Origin: a virus | Lineage: Duplodnaviria > Caudoviricetes | DNA length: 64,000 nt | Reading direction: 5' to 3' (one strand) | Virus record (IMG/VR): IMGVR_UViG_3300037067_004901 | Span: 1 to 64,000 of that record | Shown here: positions 27,118 through 39,800 of the stretch, one piece after another | How the letters are laid out: every line of letters starts with the position of its first letter | Position numbering within the stretch: the first letter of the stretch is position 1 | The notes under the pieces: model-generated | The model's database searches: none | Told to the model about the DNA's origin: nothing | Seen by the model: only the letters and a program-made list of their open reading frames with translations | Position numbers and translations under genes: made by a program

Positions 27118-27963
27118 TCAAGTTATTTTTTTGTGACTTCCTTTTTCATTTCTTTTTCTTTATCTATCATCTGTAAAATAGTTTCTCTACTATAATTTTT
27201 CGCAATAAGTTTAAGATGATTTGCTTCAAGCCAATATTGAACACTATTGTTAAATTCCTTCATTACTGAATCAGGATTTTTACAATTTAGTTTATAGAAA
27301 TTTACGAGAACATTTCCATCTGTATCAATATTCTCTACTAATCCACGTGAACCAATATCAGTTATAAGATATGTATTCTTTACATTCATTTCTACTAAAT
27401 CGCCTTTTTCAAAATTTATTTTGTTCATAGATAATAAAAATATCCTTTCATCGAATAACTAATATTTGTTTTTCTCCAATTGCAGTTATTTTTCTTACGA
27501 GTATTCTTTTTAATTCATATCCACAATATGACAAAGCATCGAGTTCGTCTTTTGAAAACCAATTATAAACTTGCTCAAGATTAAGAAATGCGCAAATCTC
27601 CGCTGTTTGCATATATCGTCTTATTTTTTTATCTCTTATCGGACTAGGATATCTTTTTGTATCATAATGCGATTTTAATATTCTATCAATTTCTACGCTG
27701 TCGTCGTAATATGGTCCGTCTCCATCTTTATTTTGTACGCGCCAGACACGAAATTTATTCAAACGAGAAGATATATTTGTCGTGTTCATAATAAATCCTT
27801 AAATAAATCTTGTTGCTGAATTATCGATAGCATAGCTCTTTCTATTGGATGCTCTACTATCATCTGCTCTGCGTTACTTTCATCATAATCATCCGATTTG
27901 ACTCTTTTTTTGGATTCGGCGAAAGCTATTTCTCTATAATACTGCATCGAATAATCATCTTCG

Positions 27964-28308
27964 TCAACTTCTTTTGCCAATCGTTTCGCTTCTCTCTTTT
28001 TTCGCACCATCTTTTTTCGCGCCTTTCATACGCATTAACGAATTTAATATATCTTTACGAGCTTTTTCACCATCTAATTGTTTCAACAGTTTCACGTTAG
28101 ATGGTAAGATAGATACTTTGTTATTGCGTATAGCACGAACCCATTTATTGTGTTTACAAGATTTATGAATATGACCTGCAATGCAAGAGCATTTAAAACC
28201 TTTATCTTGTTTGTTGGAAACTGTATATTCTTGTTCTTCGAATCCGTGATTATATTTCTTAACTTTAAATTCGTTTTTACTGACAGCGATTATCTCATAT
28301 TCTATCAT
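27964..28308 (-). CDS. SWIM zinc-finger protein
   Basis: FKCSC...CKH. Confidence 0.7.
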   Translation of the reverse strand: MIEYEIIAVSKNEFKVKKYNHGFEEQEYTVSNKQDKGFKCSCIAGHIHKSCKHNKWVRAIRNNKVSILPSNVKLLKQLDGEKARKDILNSLMRMKGAKKDGAKKERSETIGKRS

Positions 28309-28599
28309 AATTTTTTTATCTCCTCACTTGTTTCTTCACCTATCATGAATTCTTTTAACAATAAACGAAATCTATCTGATGCACCTATATCTATATATGC
28401 ACGTATACATTTCACCAATTTAAAGTATTCGTATATAGTGTTAGTATGTTCATCAACGCTTTTATTATAATTTTTTAAAAGCTCTTGATAGTCTGTGTGA
28501 TAATCCTGTATAGATTTTATGAGAAAACGAACTAATTCATCTTTCTCTAAATTCGCTTTATTTTTCTTTTTGAAGAATAACATCATCTCTCCTATTATT

Positions 28600-28859
28600 C
28601 ATATAACTTGGCGAGAATCGAACTCGCAACGGGGCTTTAGATAAATAAGTGTGATTGTTTTTCGCGGGGTCTTGTTACATAAAACCACGATTACGTCATA
28701 TCACACGCTTCACGTTTGGCAAGATAACGCACCCTTGCTAAATGGTTTCTTGTTATCTCGTAGCTTCCAAATTCCTACATTTAAGTCAACTTATCTTTTC
28801 TCACTATGCCCTTCGCTATAAGTAGTGCGTTTCCTCCGTGAACGCCATCAAGTTATATG
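28600..28859 (-). ncRNA. ~260-nt tRNA-like structured RNA with a large internal domain
   Basis: 11-bp closing stem CATATAACTTG/CAAGTTATATG, D-arm-like GCGT..ACGC, T-arm GCGAG-TTCGATT-CTCGC; fills an ORF-free gap. Confidence 0.65.
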
Positions 28860-29139
28860 TTTTAACTTAACAAATTCGCCTTCTTAACTTCTGTTATCAA
28901 TTCTTCTAATTGCTCGGATATATATTCTTGATAACGTGTCTGTGTTGAATTGGTAAACAAAATTGCGAACAACATACACATTAAGAAGGACTGCCAATAA
29001 TTGATTGTTGCTAAATGAAACATAGATACCATTATACTATTCCATAATAGTTTTAATAATATAATTTCTATAACTATCGACACCAACATTCTTAATTGAA
29101 ATCTTTCTTTTCTTGATAATGTCATTTTATTATCTCCTT

Positions 29140-29502
29140 TTAATGTTCGCTTGGTAGTAACAATACACCTTGTTCATACCATACTTCTACATAAGACATT
29201 GGAAAATCTGTATATTCTATTTTTTCTTTATGTAAGACATTACCATTACCATCTTCGCAAGTCAGCGTTGCTGGTAAATTCGAGTTTAAGATATGTTCTT
29301 TTACGTCTAACTTCCAAACGCTAAAATCGACTTGCACTTTCTTTTTGTGCCGAATCAATATAAGTATCTTATCAAGAAGCCAATATGCTTTCGCTTCATC
29401 TGCAAGATACTTCACTCCATCTGTATATTTAAAGCCACTTAATGCGTGTATGTAATGATGTTCTGTGCCAGTAAAATTATCTAATGCTTTTTGTGTTAGC
29501 AT
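29140..29502 (-). CDS. DUF6876-like protein
   Basis: FTGTEHHY...YTDGVKYLADEAKAYWLLD...CEDGNG...YTDFP...LLLPSE. Confidence 0.7.
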   Translation of the reverse strand: MLTQKALDNFTGTEHHYIHALSGFKYTDGVKYLADEAKAYWLLDKILILIRHKKKVQVDFSVWKLDVKEHILNSNLPATLTCEDGNGNVLHKEKIEYTDFPMSYVEVWYEQGVLLLPSEH

Positions 29503-29517
29503 AATTATATAGCCTTT

Positions 29518-30219
29518 CTATTTAACAACGCTATAAACGAAACGATTATTATAACGACCTCTCTTAGTCAAACTTTCTATCAAAATATCAGCACGATTTC
29601 GCTGTGAAATTGATAATATTATTGCCGCATACTCACCGCCACGAAGTAATTCGTTCAAAGCGTAATTTGCGCTACCCTCGTCTGCTGAACGAGAACTCCA
29701 TCGTCCATCACCAAAGCGTGCAAGACCAATAGCCATTCTATCTTTTATCGCAAGTTTAATCATCGCTTGCGATAAAACTTCAGCAGAATATCGTGGCATA
29801 TTTTCGCAACCGCCACCACGTTCTTTGTGTAATGATACTAAAGTATCTATTACGTTTTTATTATTCATACCCATCATAAAACATGTAATACCTCTATTAT
29901 ATTTATGCACATTATCTAATATATTAGAAAAACGATTATGAATTTTTTCCGATATTTTTATAGTCGTTACTTTTTGCGCTCTTTCTTTTTTAATTAATCG
30001 AAAACAGGACATATATCCAAAACGACAATGACCTTCTTTACCACGACCTCCACAACTATGCCCACCACTAAAAGTTCTATCAAATTGCACCCCAACATTA
30101 TCATTCGAATTTTCCGGAGCACTTACAATTGTGCCACGATAGCCGATTAAATCTAGACCGTCAACAGCTTTTATTGCTTCAACTCTGACACCTTTTTTAA
30201 AATCTCTGTATGTAATCAT
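29518..30219 (-). CDS. CAP-Gly/SH3-like N-domain fused to a C-domain shared with 15974..16684
   Basis: GTIV..VGVQFD...GGHSCGG; C-terminal GGC..MP...AE.LS.AMI. Confidence 0.55.
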   Translation of the reverse strand: MITYRDFKKGVRVEAIKAVDGLDLIGYRGTIVSAPENSNDNVGVQFDRTFSGGHSCGGRGKEGHCRFGYMSCFRLIKKERAQKVTTIKISEKIHNRFSNILDNVHKYNRGITCFMMGMNNKNVIDTLVSLHKERGGGCENMPRYSAEVLSQAMIKLAIKDRMAIGLARFGDGRWSSRSADEGSANYALNELLRGGEYAAIILSISQRNRADILIESLTKRGRYNNRFVYSVVK

Positions 30220-30257
30220 AGTTTAATGTCTTTCGTTATTTATCTATTAATTATTAA

Positions 30258-30509
30258 TTACGAATTATAAGCTTCGATAACCACTCGCTCGATTTCGTCT
30301 TTCACTTCTCTGCGTAATGGCACAACTACATTATACCACTTTCCATCTCTAGTTTCTTCGCGAGGCATACTTATAAATAATCCATTGGTGCCTTCTACAA
30401 CTCTAATACCGTTTATAATAATACTATCTTCAACTGATACATCAACTAATGCTTTTGTGGCACTGATATTATCAAGTTTATGTAATCTTATTACTTCAAA
30501 TTTTAACAT
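30258..30509 (-). CDS. spoVG: SpoVG-family nucleic-acid-binding protein
   Basis: KALVDV...INGIRVVEGTNGLFISMP...DGKWYNVVVP...VIEAY. Confidence 0.88.
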   Translation of the reverse strand: MLKFEVIRLHKLDNISATKALVDVSVEDSIIINGIRVVEGTNGLFISMPREETRDGKWYNVVVPLRREVKDEIERVVIEAYNS

Positions 30510-30757
30510 TGTAGTCTCCTTTAATTAAAAATCGGTGAGTGTCAGCATTTTATCAACAAGACCTACCTCAGAGGTAATTGACATACTTGATTTTTACTCA
30601 CCGCACTTCATAATTTTGCTACTTGTTATATAAATAAATATAGTTTTAATTATATTTTTTTATATCACATAATAAACCTCCTTGTTATATATGTATAAAC
30701 AAAAATCGAGACTTGCTTTCCTGTCACAAAGCTTATCTCGAATTATTGATATATGTT

Positions 30758-30785
30758 AGTATATCATATCGCAAAGTAATGTCAA
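30758..30785 (-). promoter_or_regulatory. sigma70 promoter
   Basis: TTGACA-16-TATACT with extended TG. Confidence 0.65.
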
Positions 30786-31253
30786 TAGTGCGGAGAACTA
30801 TTTCATTTCCACTTCTCATTGCTAAAATTGCTCAAATCTGCTACTGCGACACGTGTTTCATATCCGCTCTCTGCGTCAAGATTACGTGTTATACCAACAT
30901 CGCCTAATCTGCTGGCCATCACTACTCGCACTCTTTTTTGATTATATGTCGCAAATAGTTTTGGTTTACAATTATTGACTTCAGCTAAACATTTCATCAT
31001 AGCTGGTAATCTATTAATAAATAGAAACCAACGTAAACAATCTGGCTGTTCATAATCATCTATATAATCGTCGCAATGTTTCATACATCGTCCTTTTTTA
31101 TCATAGCTTGACAATATATTTCTTTTCCAAAGAATGCTGATACGGGTATACAATGCGTAACAGAACCTTGACATACATAACCCATATTCATAAACTCTTT
31201 GACTTTATTTTCGAGAGCTATCTTAGAGTTAGCTTCTAATATAACATAATCTT

Positions 31254-31784
31254 TCACGATTTTTCTCCTTTTATTATCCATACATATGGTAGATTACTTT
31301 TTTCTTTCCAATTAAACTTTTTGTAATACTTTTTATCTTTGCGTAATAGATTACTTCTATGGCTTGCGTGAAATTTTCTGTTTCTTAACCAATTTGGATA
31401 ATCATCTTTTTTTAGAAGATAACCTAATCTACATATTTCTGATAAAAATCTTTCTTTCATTGTATCTTTATAACCACGTCGTATCCATTCATTACACATT
31501 ACGAGTCCATATCGCAGTAAAACATCTTCGTAATTATACCACATCTTAACGATTGGATGATACTCCCACGCTACATTATACCAACCGTGTAATACTATCA
31601 TGTGGTTTTCTCTATTAATACACCATTCTTTGAAAGATTTGGACTTGCATTGCCTATTACGTTCTTTTATTTTTTGTAATGTCTGATAAATCTGCCAAGC
31701 TTCAACACGTTGTTTACCTAGTCTTCTATAATCAAGACACTTTGCTGACTTCTCGAAACTCTTATATGGTAAGAATGTTTGCAT
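31254..31784 (-). CDS. pyrimidine-dimer DNA glycosylase / DenV-like protein
   Basis: MQTFLPY..F..SA..LD.RRLGKQRVEA, HP..KMW, SHRSNLLRKD, LPYVW. Confidence 0.85.
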   Translation of the reverse strand: MQTFLPYKSFEKSAKCLDYRRLGKQRVEAWQIYQTLQKIKERNRQCKSKSFKEWCINRENHMIVLHGWYNVAWEYHPIVKMWYNYEDVLLRYGLVMCNEWIRRGYKDTMKERFLSEICRLGYLLKKDDYPNWLRNRKFHASHRSNLLRKDKKYYKKFNWKEKSNLPYVWIIKGEKS

Positions 31785-32470
31785 TTTTATCCTTTTGCTT
31801 CAGTTAGCAACCTATCAGCTTTATCGAGATATTCATTAACACATACTATCTCCTTCTCATTTCTTTCAAAGAGAGATTGTACTATATCCAATTCTTTATT
31901 AATTTGATTGGTGATTTTATTATAATCTTTACGAAATAAAAAAGTAAGTTTATGCCGATTTTCTATATTTCTGCATTGTTTTATTAAAACTATACATTTT
32001 TGCCTTTGTTCTTTAATACGTTTGTTTCCGTTTTCAAGCATTGCATTAGTGTTATTAGCTAAATTTATCAACGCATTTGCTCGCTCATATAATTTTAGCA
32101 TTGTTAATCTCCTTATTTAAAATGATTTATTATTTTATCTGCTAACATACAATTACTTGATATCCATATGTGTATTGTATTATATAACGCAAATAATATA
32201 CTAATGATTATAATTGGTATTATTATACATAATAAGATTATTATGAAACCTTTAACGAATAAACATATACAATCATCTGAATAGACATATGTGAATTTAC
32301 TTTTATAATCAAGATATGGTCCATATTCAGTTGTTGGAAATTTCTTTTTTAAATAATTGTTATGAATTTTTCCAATAAAGTAAGGTGCTATAAAACATAA
32401 ACAAAAAGCAAAAATTTCCAATATTTTTAATGCAATTACTAATGCGATTTTAAGATACATCGTTTCTCCT

Positions 32471-33040
32471 TTATTTTAAGTTAAGTACATCTAACGCTAT
32501 TCTTGCAGTAGCCTTCATCACCTGTATTAGAGTTTTATATTCACCTATACTTATTTCGCCATTACCTGCTATTTCCATTTTTTCTATCTTCTCAAGTGCC
32601 GTACGATATTTATTTAACTGTTTTTTATTTAATTCATTTGAAGCTAATAATCCTTCATACATCGCCAATGTAGTATCTAATCTTTGGTGCAATTTCTTCT
32701 GTTCAGTAGGCTCTGATTTGCTTGTGCCGTTACATCCATAGCAATCTTTTATCTCTTTAAAATTATGATATTGTAACTTTCCCGTTCCTCCACATACATC
32801 GCACTTCCCCTCTACTTGCGCGGGAGACTTACCAATGATACACTCTTTTGAATAATTATTGCAATTCGTGTTAGTGCAAATATCAGGACATGCAACTTGC
32901 TCTTTGTGAGACAGGATGACTTTAATACAATCTTTTATTCCTTGATTATAAGCTTCAATATCATTTAGTTCTTTTTCTCCCATCCAGGTTTCTTTTTTGC
33001 ATAATTTAGGTAATTGCTCAAGTAATTTATCTCTATACAT
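32471..33040 (-). CDS. hypothetical protein with a DnaJ-type CxxCxGxG zinc finger
   Basis: CDVCGGTG...CYGCNGT. Confidence 0.55.
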   Translation of the reverse strand: MYRDKLLEQLPKLCKKETWMGEKELNDIEAYNQGIKDCIKVILSHKEQVACPDICTNTNCNNYSKECIIGKSPAQVEGKCDVCGGTGKLQYHNFKEIKDCYGCNGTSKSEPTEQKKLHQRLDTTLAMYEGLLASNELNKKQLNKYRTALEKIEKMEIAGNGEISIGEYKTLIQVMKATARIALDVLNLK

Positions 33041-34008
33041 TTTTCATCTCCTTCAAGATATCATCATAAATATTATTATCTCGGAAACATTTTAATACAA
33101 AATTACGAATTTGTAGGCAACGATTTTCTACTTCGTTCTCTCTACAGGTGCATACGCACATATGATGTTTGGGTATATGATTTTCTATTATCTCTATAAG
33201 CTTCTCTTTTTTAGATATCGTAGATGGCACTTTACCAAATAAAGATTTTGCAGTTTTAATTAAAGATATTACTAAATGGTCTTTGTTCGTTTTACTTACT
33301 TTTAAGGCGTTGTCTATAATGATATTTCTTATTTCCTTTTCACTCGCCAACTCCCCGATACGACCTTCAATTTTGGCGGAGGCGAGAGCGAGTAAAGGTA
33401 TTATAAAATCATTCTGTTCTTGACAATGGTTTGCCATTATTTTTGGTGCTTCCCATTTAGATTTAAGCCCTTCAGATATTACTCTTTTATTTTCTTCTAC
33501 ATAAGAAGAAGCCTTCTTCACCGATTCTTTCAGTTGTTCGTTATTTGGTATATCATTTGGTTTCATCGAATAAACCTCCTGCTGTTTTTATGCCTTGATT
33601 AAAAGTTCGTTTACGCTCACAATCAATATGCATACAAGTAAGTCCTTTAGAAGTTTTACACACACCATCTACATAATTTTCCTAGATTAACTTCTTTAAC
33701 TCCTGTTTGGCGATGGCAAGTTCTCGTTCTCTAAAATCTTCTAAAGAAAATCGTTCTGCACAATGGTATTTTTTAGCGAAAGCTACCAATATTTCATCTA
33801 CCGTATTAATTTTTTTATTCTTCATTTCTTGGGGGGTCATTTTATAGCTCCTTTATAGTCACTTCAACTTTTTTATCATAAAAATCATATTTACTTTTAG
33901 TCAGCACTAACTCTATGCTTGGGTTACTAGGAGTATATTGTAACTTAAATTTTTTGTGCCATTGATTACCTAAATACTCTACCAACGTCTTCTTCCGTTT
34001 CTTCGCTT

Positions 34009-34674
34009 TCATTTAGGCTCCTTTGGTATATTAGTAAGAGCAGATGCAAGATAAGTTAAGTATCCTTCTGCGTTTTCAGAATGTGTATTGTGCCATTCTT
34101 TACTTGCTTCCCATAATTTTTTATTTATTTCGGGTCGTGTCATAAACTTCTCTGCCAATTGCTTTTTAAGCTTCTTATACTTTGTATGAACAATTAAGGC
34201 ATAGTCTACTATATGAGTTTTTATTTTAGTCTCTCCTGGACTAACTATATCTAATAGCATTTTAGAAGCATTGTTATATTCATCTAAAAGCAACTCTTTC
34301 TCTTTCTTTTCCTCTAATAGTTGCTTCTTTAGTTCGGCAATTTCTTGTGGCATTTTGTAACCCTTAATAATATTCCTAAGTTCATCTACCACCTCTTTCT
34401 CCACCAACTCTCCCTTTAAGAGTGAGGTAAGGATAGAGAGAGCAAATTTAACCGAACTAAGACGAGGTGGAACTGCCTCATGTTGTGATAATTCAAAATC
34501 CTCGATAGTCTGTTTCAACTGTAATTTTTTGTTTGTATCTATCACTTTATCAGGACATTTTTCACAAGTTTGACCTGCAAGAAGTTGATGATGTTTCTTA
34601 CAATAGTCTTCGGCAAGTTTAATATCTTTCCGATATTTGATGATATGATGTAAACAATTTTCTTGATTTGTCAT
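34009..34674 (-). CDS. hypothetical coiled-coil protein (paralog of 34671..35300)
   Basis: Shared GELV, KQL.EKFMT..EI and ASALT segments. Confidence 0.6.
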   Translation of the reverse strand: MTNQENCLHHIIKYRKDIKLAEDYCKKHHQLLAGQTCEKCPDKVIDTNKKLQLKQTIEDFELSQHEAVPPRLSSVKFALSILTSLLKGELVEKEVVDELRNIIKGYKMPQEIAELKKQLLEEKKEKELLLDEYNNASKMLLDIVSPGETKIKTHIVDYALIVHTKYKKLKKQLAEKFMTRPEINKKLWEASKEWHNTHSENAEGYLTYLASALTNIPKEPK

Positions 34675-35300
34675 TTTTTCTCCTTCGATAGAGATGTTAA
34701 CGCGGATGCAACATCATTCGATACTCTGTCTAATGTTTTTTGGTCGGGTATTAATTCTCCTATACTTATTAATAGCTCATCTTTAACTTTATTTTTAATT
34801 TCATCCAGTGTCATAAACTTCTCTAATAATTGCTTCTCAAAATTTTGATAATGTCTACAATATTTAGGTTTATATACTAAACATTTAGACATAGTTCCTT
34901 CTTCATATTTACATTTATCTTCACAACTAATACAAAGATGATATTGGTTTTCTTCTTTAAGTTTTGCGATTTCTTTTTCCAATTCTTCTACTTTATCATA
35001 TCTCTCTAAAACATCACCTATTTTATGATTTTCGAATATATTTTTATAACGAGAAATTTGTTTCTCCAATTCTTGATTATAAGCAATAGCATCTTTAATG
35101 GCTTGTGAGTGACGTTCGCAACGTTCATTTTTATTAACCAACTCACCATTCATAAATGCGCTAACAATAACGAAAGCAATTTCTTCGTATTTATTTCTTT
35201 CTTCTCCTACTTCACCGATTTCTAAATATCTAGCCGTATCTTTTATTTCTTCATTTGTGAATTGCTTCATATGAATAATTCTCCTTGTTCTATACAACAT
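34671..35300 (-). CDS. hypothetical coiled-coil protein (paralog of 34009..34674)
   Basis: Shared GELV, KQLLEKFMT..EI and ASALT segments. Confidence 0.6.
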   Translation of the reverse strand: MLYRTRRIIHMKQFTNEEIKDTARYLEIGEVGEERNKYEEIAFVIVSAFMNGELVNKNERCERHSQAIKDAIAYNQELEKQISRYKNIFENHKIGDVLERYDKVEELEKEIAKLKEENQYHLCISCEDKCKYEEGTMSKCLVYKPKYCRHYQNFEKQLLEKFMTLDEIKNKVKDELLISIGELIPDQKTLDRVSNDVASALTSLSKEKK

Positions 35301-35326
35301 ACTTTATTGTCCATTTGCTCGATTTC

Positions 35327-35500
35327 TTATTTTGTTATCATCAACAATGTTATAAAGATGCCTATTAAAAGCGAAAATATACTCGCTAACATAAGACGCA
35401 ACATATTTTCTTGTTTTTCGCCTGTTATTATGAGCCAAACAAAAATAGCAGAACAAAACATAAAACCCAAAAGATTTACTGATAGCTTTATAAGATACAT
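35327..35500 (-). CDS. 57-aa two-TM microprotein (absent from the ORF track)
   Basis: MYLIKLSVNLLGFMFCSAIFVWLIITGEKQENMLRLMLASIFSLL...; paralog at 41368..41538. Confidence 0.7.
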   Translation of the reverse strand: MYLIKLSVNLLGFMFCSAIFVWLIITGEKQENMLRLMLASIFSLLIGIFITLLMITK

Positions 35501-35572
35501 TTGCTCGCGCCCTTTCTTATATTAAAAATAAATATAGCTTCGCACTTGATAACCGTAAACTATCATCATAAC

Positions 35573-36025
35573 CTACTGTGTGTTATATCTGTATTGAGTC
35601 TTTGCGCAAGCGTCGCCTAATCTCTTATGACATACTTTGTGCCAACCACTAACACGCTTGTTAACAGCCCATTCTTTCTTGCATTCAGGACATATCGCTA
35701 TGAACTTCTTCGCTGGCTGTATTACTGTTGCGCTATCATACGCTCTGCGCGGGGAACAACCTATTTCAACGCATTTTAATTTAAATATTCTATTATGACC
35801 ATTATAACTACCAACTAAAGCGTGCGCTATCTCGTGAAGTATAACATCAGTAACCGTTTCTTCATTATTCAATTCAACTAAACACGCCGAAAGTGTTATA
35901 GTCTGCGTTCTAAAATGAGCGCAACCAAATCTACGCTTTGCGTTATCAAAACAAAAAGTCCAATCAAGCAGATTATGCTTCTGCATTAACTTTTTTGCCT
36001 TTTTTTCGCAATGCTCAATATTCAT
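35573..36025 (-). CDS. SprT-like zinc metalloprotease
   Basis: AKRRFGC, ILHEIAHAL, H...F, CPEC. Confidence 0.85.
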   Translation of the reverse strand: MNIEHCEKKAKKLMQKHNLLDWTFCFDNAKRRFGCAHFRTQTITLSACLVELNNEETVTDVILHEIAHALVGSYNGHNRIFKLKCVEIGCSPRRAYDSATVIQPAKKFIAICPECKKEWAVNKRVSGWHKVCHKRLGDACAKTQYRYNTQ

Positions 36026-36805
36026 ATATAACCCTTATACTCGACTTCTCAGATAGTCATAACCCATTTCAACGAGTGTTTTATGCTCTTTAAATTTTAG
36101 TTGTAGCTTGTGTTTATTCTTCAGACAATTCATTATCGCATACGAAAAGAATAAACGCCTATTACGACGTTTACGACCGCTCAAATATATAAAATAACTG
36201 AGTGTGGGTTTTATCACACGTTTCCAAGTTTTGCGTTTCTCGGAAATTAATGATGGGTCTTGATACTCTAATACGTGGTCCGTTATTTTCCCGCACGTCT
36301 TGCATACTATATACGGTATGTTCTCTTGTTTACGCCCTAAAACTCGACTATCGTATTGCTTATCTTCTTTATTACTCGCTTTAAATGAAAATTTTGGGAA
36401 AACACGATTATATTCTTTTTGCGCTTCTTCATCGCCTTCTTTAATTAACTCTAACAAACGATTTTTAACTGCCTGCTTATACTGCTTTTGCTTGCTGTCT
36501 TTTAAAAGTATTTCTTCGCTTTCCTGTAACTGTGTTATAGACATTTCGCGCTGTCCTTTCGTTCTATTCTAACTCCTGCATTATAAATACAAGTTCTGCA
36601 TCTGATATACTATACTTATCTTGGAAATTGCTTATAACATCTTTACTCCAATAAGCATTGTAATTATATCGCAATAATATATCCTTTTCTAACATCTTTT
36701 GCAATATTCTCGCCAACTTACTTTTGTGTATTACAGGAAACTTCTTCATTTTTCTCGGCATATTGTTCTCACCTCGCTTTCAGTTTTAATTTACTATATG
36801 ATAAT

Positions 36806-36833
36806 AGTATATCACATAACAAACTAAATGCAA
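36806..36833 (-). promoter_or_regulatory. sigma70 promoter
   Basis: TTGCAT-16-TATACT with extended TG. Confidence 0.6.
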
Positions 36834-39800
36834 CTAGTAGGCGACGATTTACTTCACCTGCGCTATTAACTGCTCAACTTCTTTCTGATAGCTGTAATCA
36901 TTTTTGCGAATACCTAATTTCATCTTCGCTTTCTCGTAATCCATACCAGCATATTTTGATTTCTTTGCGTTCTTTAGATTACGTTCAACTGCTTCTGTAT
37001 ATTTATCGCTTAATGATTTCGCCATTTCTATTCTCCTTTCATTTCATTTTGTATTATAGCTTCTTGTATTGGAAAATGTTGCTGTATTTTACCGCAATCA
37101 GCGCAGTAAGAAAATTCTATATAATCTCCACCTTCACCTAAACCGATTGTAGCGGGTACATAACCATCATAGTTAATATCTTTATAAGTTGCAGAAAAAC
37201 AATCGCTTGTTTTTCCACTTATACTTATTATTCTATCACTTTTACAATGAATACATTTTGGCATTTTTTCTCCTTTTGCTCGACTTCTTATTTACTATCT
37301 AATTCTGAACTATCGAGACCGTACACAACAAAAGTGTTTTTTCTGTCTGTCAATTCTGCAACAACACCTTCTGTGCGTAATATATTTAACTCCTCATCAG
37401 AGCTGAATAATATCTTTGCGTTGTCTGGAATATCATTCAGTATCTTTTTTAAATCTTTAACTAACATCTATTATCACCTCACTTTCATATAATTATCGTT
37501 GCTCTCGTTTGGCTTGTTCTAATATCTCGCTAAACTTTCCATATTTTGATTTATCTACGTAGTTTATATCTTTAAATACGGGAATTAAACGATGATATCC
37601 GCGTTCTATTTTGTTATTTCTCGTCTTCTCGACAAATACAATATCAGCTTCAATAAAACGTGGTCTTACGACCAAATCATTTATGATAGCTATTGCGATT
37701 AAAAGCAAAATTCCAAAAGCAATTGCACATACACTTTCTAAATTTTTCATATCTTTCTCCTTTGTCTTATCGGTCTCCAGCACATATCTTTCTTATCATA
37801 ATAATCTATAAGACCACCGTGCTTTTCTTGTATTTGTATTGCATATTTTAATAAAGAAGATAACCCGAGTATCACATCTTTATCTATTACGCGAAACGGA
37901 TATTTATGAGCGAGAGTGTCAGTATCCTTTTTTCTTATTTTGCATAAAAAATCAAAATCATCTTTTAAATACTGTTCTCTATGATTATGCAGTTGTTGCT
38001 TTATTGAATATAAAACTTTAAAACGCTCTTTATCCGAATCTCGTGTGTCTTGCAATGCTTCTTCAATAACATTGCTCAACACAAATGCTTCGCGACCCGC
38101 TTTAAGCGTTAATGTAATATTTTTGTTTGACATATCGCAGCCTTTCTTATTTTATTTCTTCTAACTGCATTACTTGTTCTGGAATAAACATACTAAATGT
38201 CACCCAATAATATGCACGCAACGTCTTGCGTATTTTTATACCTTTTAACGTGCTATTATATAACGCTTTTGCAGAGGCATATCTGCATATGTAATCGGAT
38301 AAATTCGTTGATTGTTTTATATTGTCGAGTGAGCCATTAAGCAACGTAGCGTTACTCGTGTTACTTTCTTTATAATAGGCTTCGCGCACGCTTTGTATTT
38401 CTGAACCGTATGACAAAACGCTTTCTTTTGACTTAACTAAATCTTCGTAAACATATAAATTGGCTTGATATGCACCTAAAATTCCCATAATCATTACAAT
38501 TGCGATTATGATTGGTGCTATGCAAAATCCAGTCTTAAAATTCTTGCTTTTATCTATAAACGCCCCTAAAATAGACAACACTACAAAGAACAGCGTAAGC
38601 AATATTAAAAACATTTCAATACCCTCCCTTATCTGTTAGAGTTCATTATTTCTTCATTAAGCACGTTTTCGACTTGTGTGAAAGCCATCTCCCAAGTGTC
38701 GAAAATCGCGTTTGGCACACGCGCCATTACATTTTCACGCACTACTCGATAGTCTATACTGTCTGTTATAGAGAACTTGCTCAATTCTTCTCTAACCAAA
38801 CTTTTTATTAACTTAATATTCTTCGCACCTATGCTTCGCATATTATTTCCTTTCTTTTCTTTTCTAAACTCTATTCCTGCTCTTAAATCTTGCTCTAATA
38901 ATTCGGTATAATTATCCGCTAGTTCTGTTTTACCAGATTTTATATTTTCTAAATCTTTTTTTAAAGCTATGATTAGTTTATTTTTAAAATCTTCTATATA
39001 GTGTAGCATGTTTCTCCTTTATGATGAACAAACAGCGCCAAATAATACATTTGTCTTTTCTTGTTTTGGTAATTTTATATTTCCAACAATTTGACAAGTA
39101 GGTATCAATCGTTGTTTATTATCATCGCATTCAAATATTGCTATACCCGCATCAGCAGTATACTTTACAAACTTCACTACTTTATATTTTGCATATCCTT
39201 TTTTCGGCATTACACAAAACCCATTATAGAAAAAGTTCTCGACTTTATATAACATCATACCCTCCAAATTGGTTCGCATAATATCCCATCAGGTGTATTA
39301 GCGTGCGCAATAGCTGTCTTATCTATTGGGTCTTTTATTTTTAAAGCACTTATTGTATATTGATGTTCATTTTTTATCTGCTCATCATTTATAATACCAA
39401 CAACACCGCATACAACATATACTTTTTTACCGGCTCTTATTTCTTCTGTCTTACGAAAGAATAATTGACCACTGAATATGGGTTCTTTTTTATCTGACAT
39501 TTTTAAAAATTCTTTTACTGTTGTTCCTTTAGCAACAAGTTTATTATTTACCATTATCATTTTACTTGCTTTGCGCATCTCGCGACTCCTTACAGTTTAT
39601 ATCTTTACCGAGCGTAACAATTGTATATTCAAGACCGCACTTATCACATCTATACACGATAGATGTTGTGCCTAAACAAATGCGTTGTATTGTAACAAAA
39701 TAAGAATTAACGTCATTCGCACTTCCTCTTATGCTTTGCGTGTCTATTCGTTGCGGCTCTGCATAAGTTCGTGCAATCTCCTTATACTCGTGTTTACAAG

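Noticed and set aside
28600-28859. Canonical tmRNA
   Set aside because: No GGGG start or G3:U70 pair, no CCA and no recognisable tag ORF; kept only as an unknown tRNA-like RNA
30533-30603. Riboswitch upstream of spoVG
   Set aside because: Only an 8-bp inverted repeat (CGGTGAGT/ACTCACCG) with small inner hairpins; no aptamer consensus recognised
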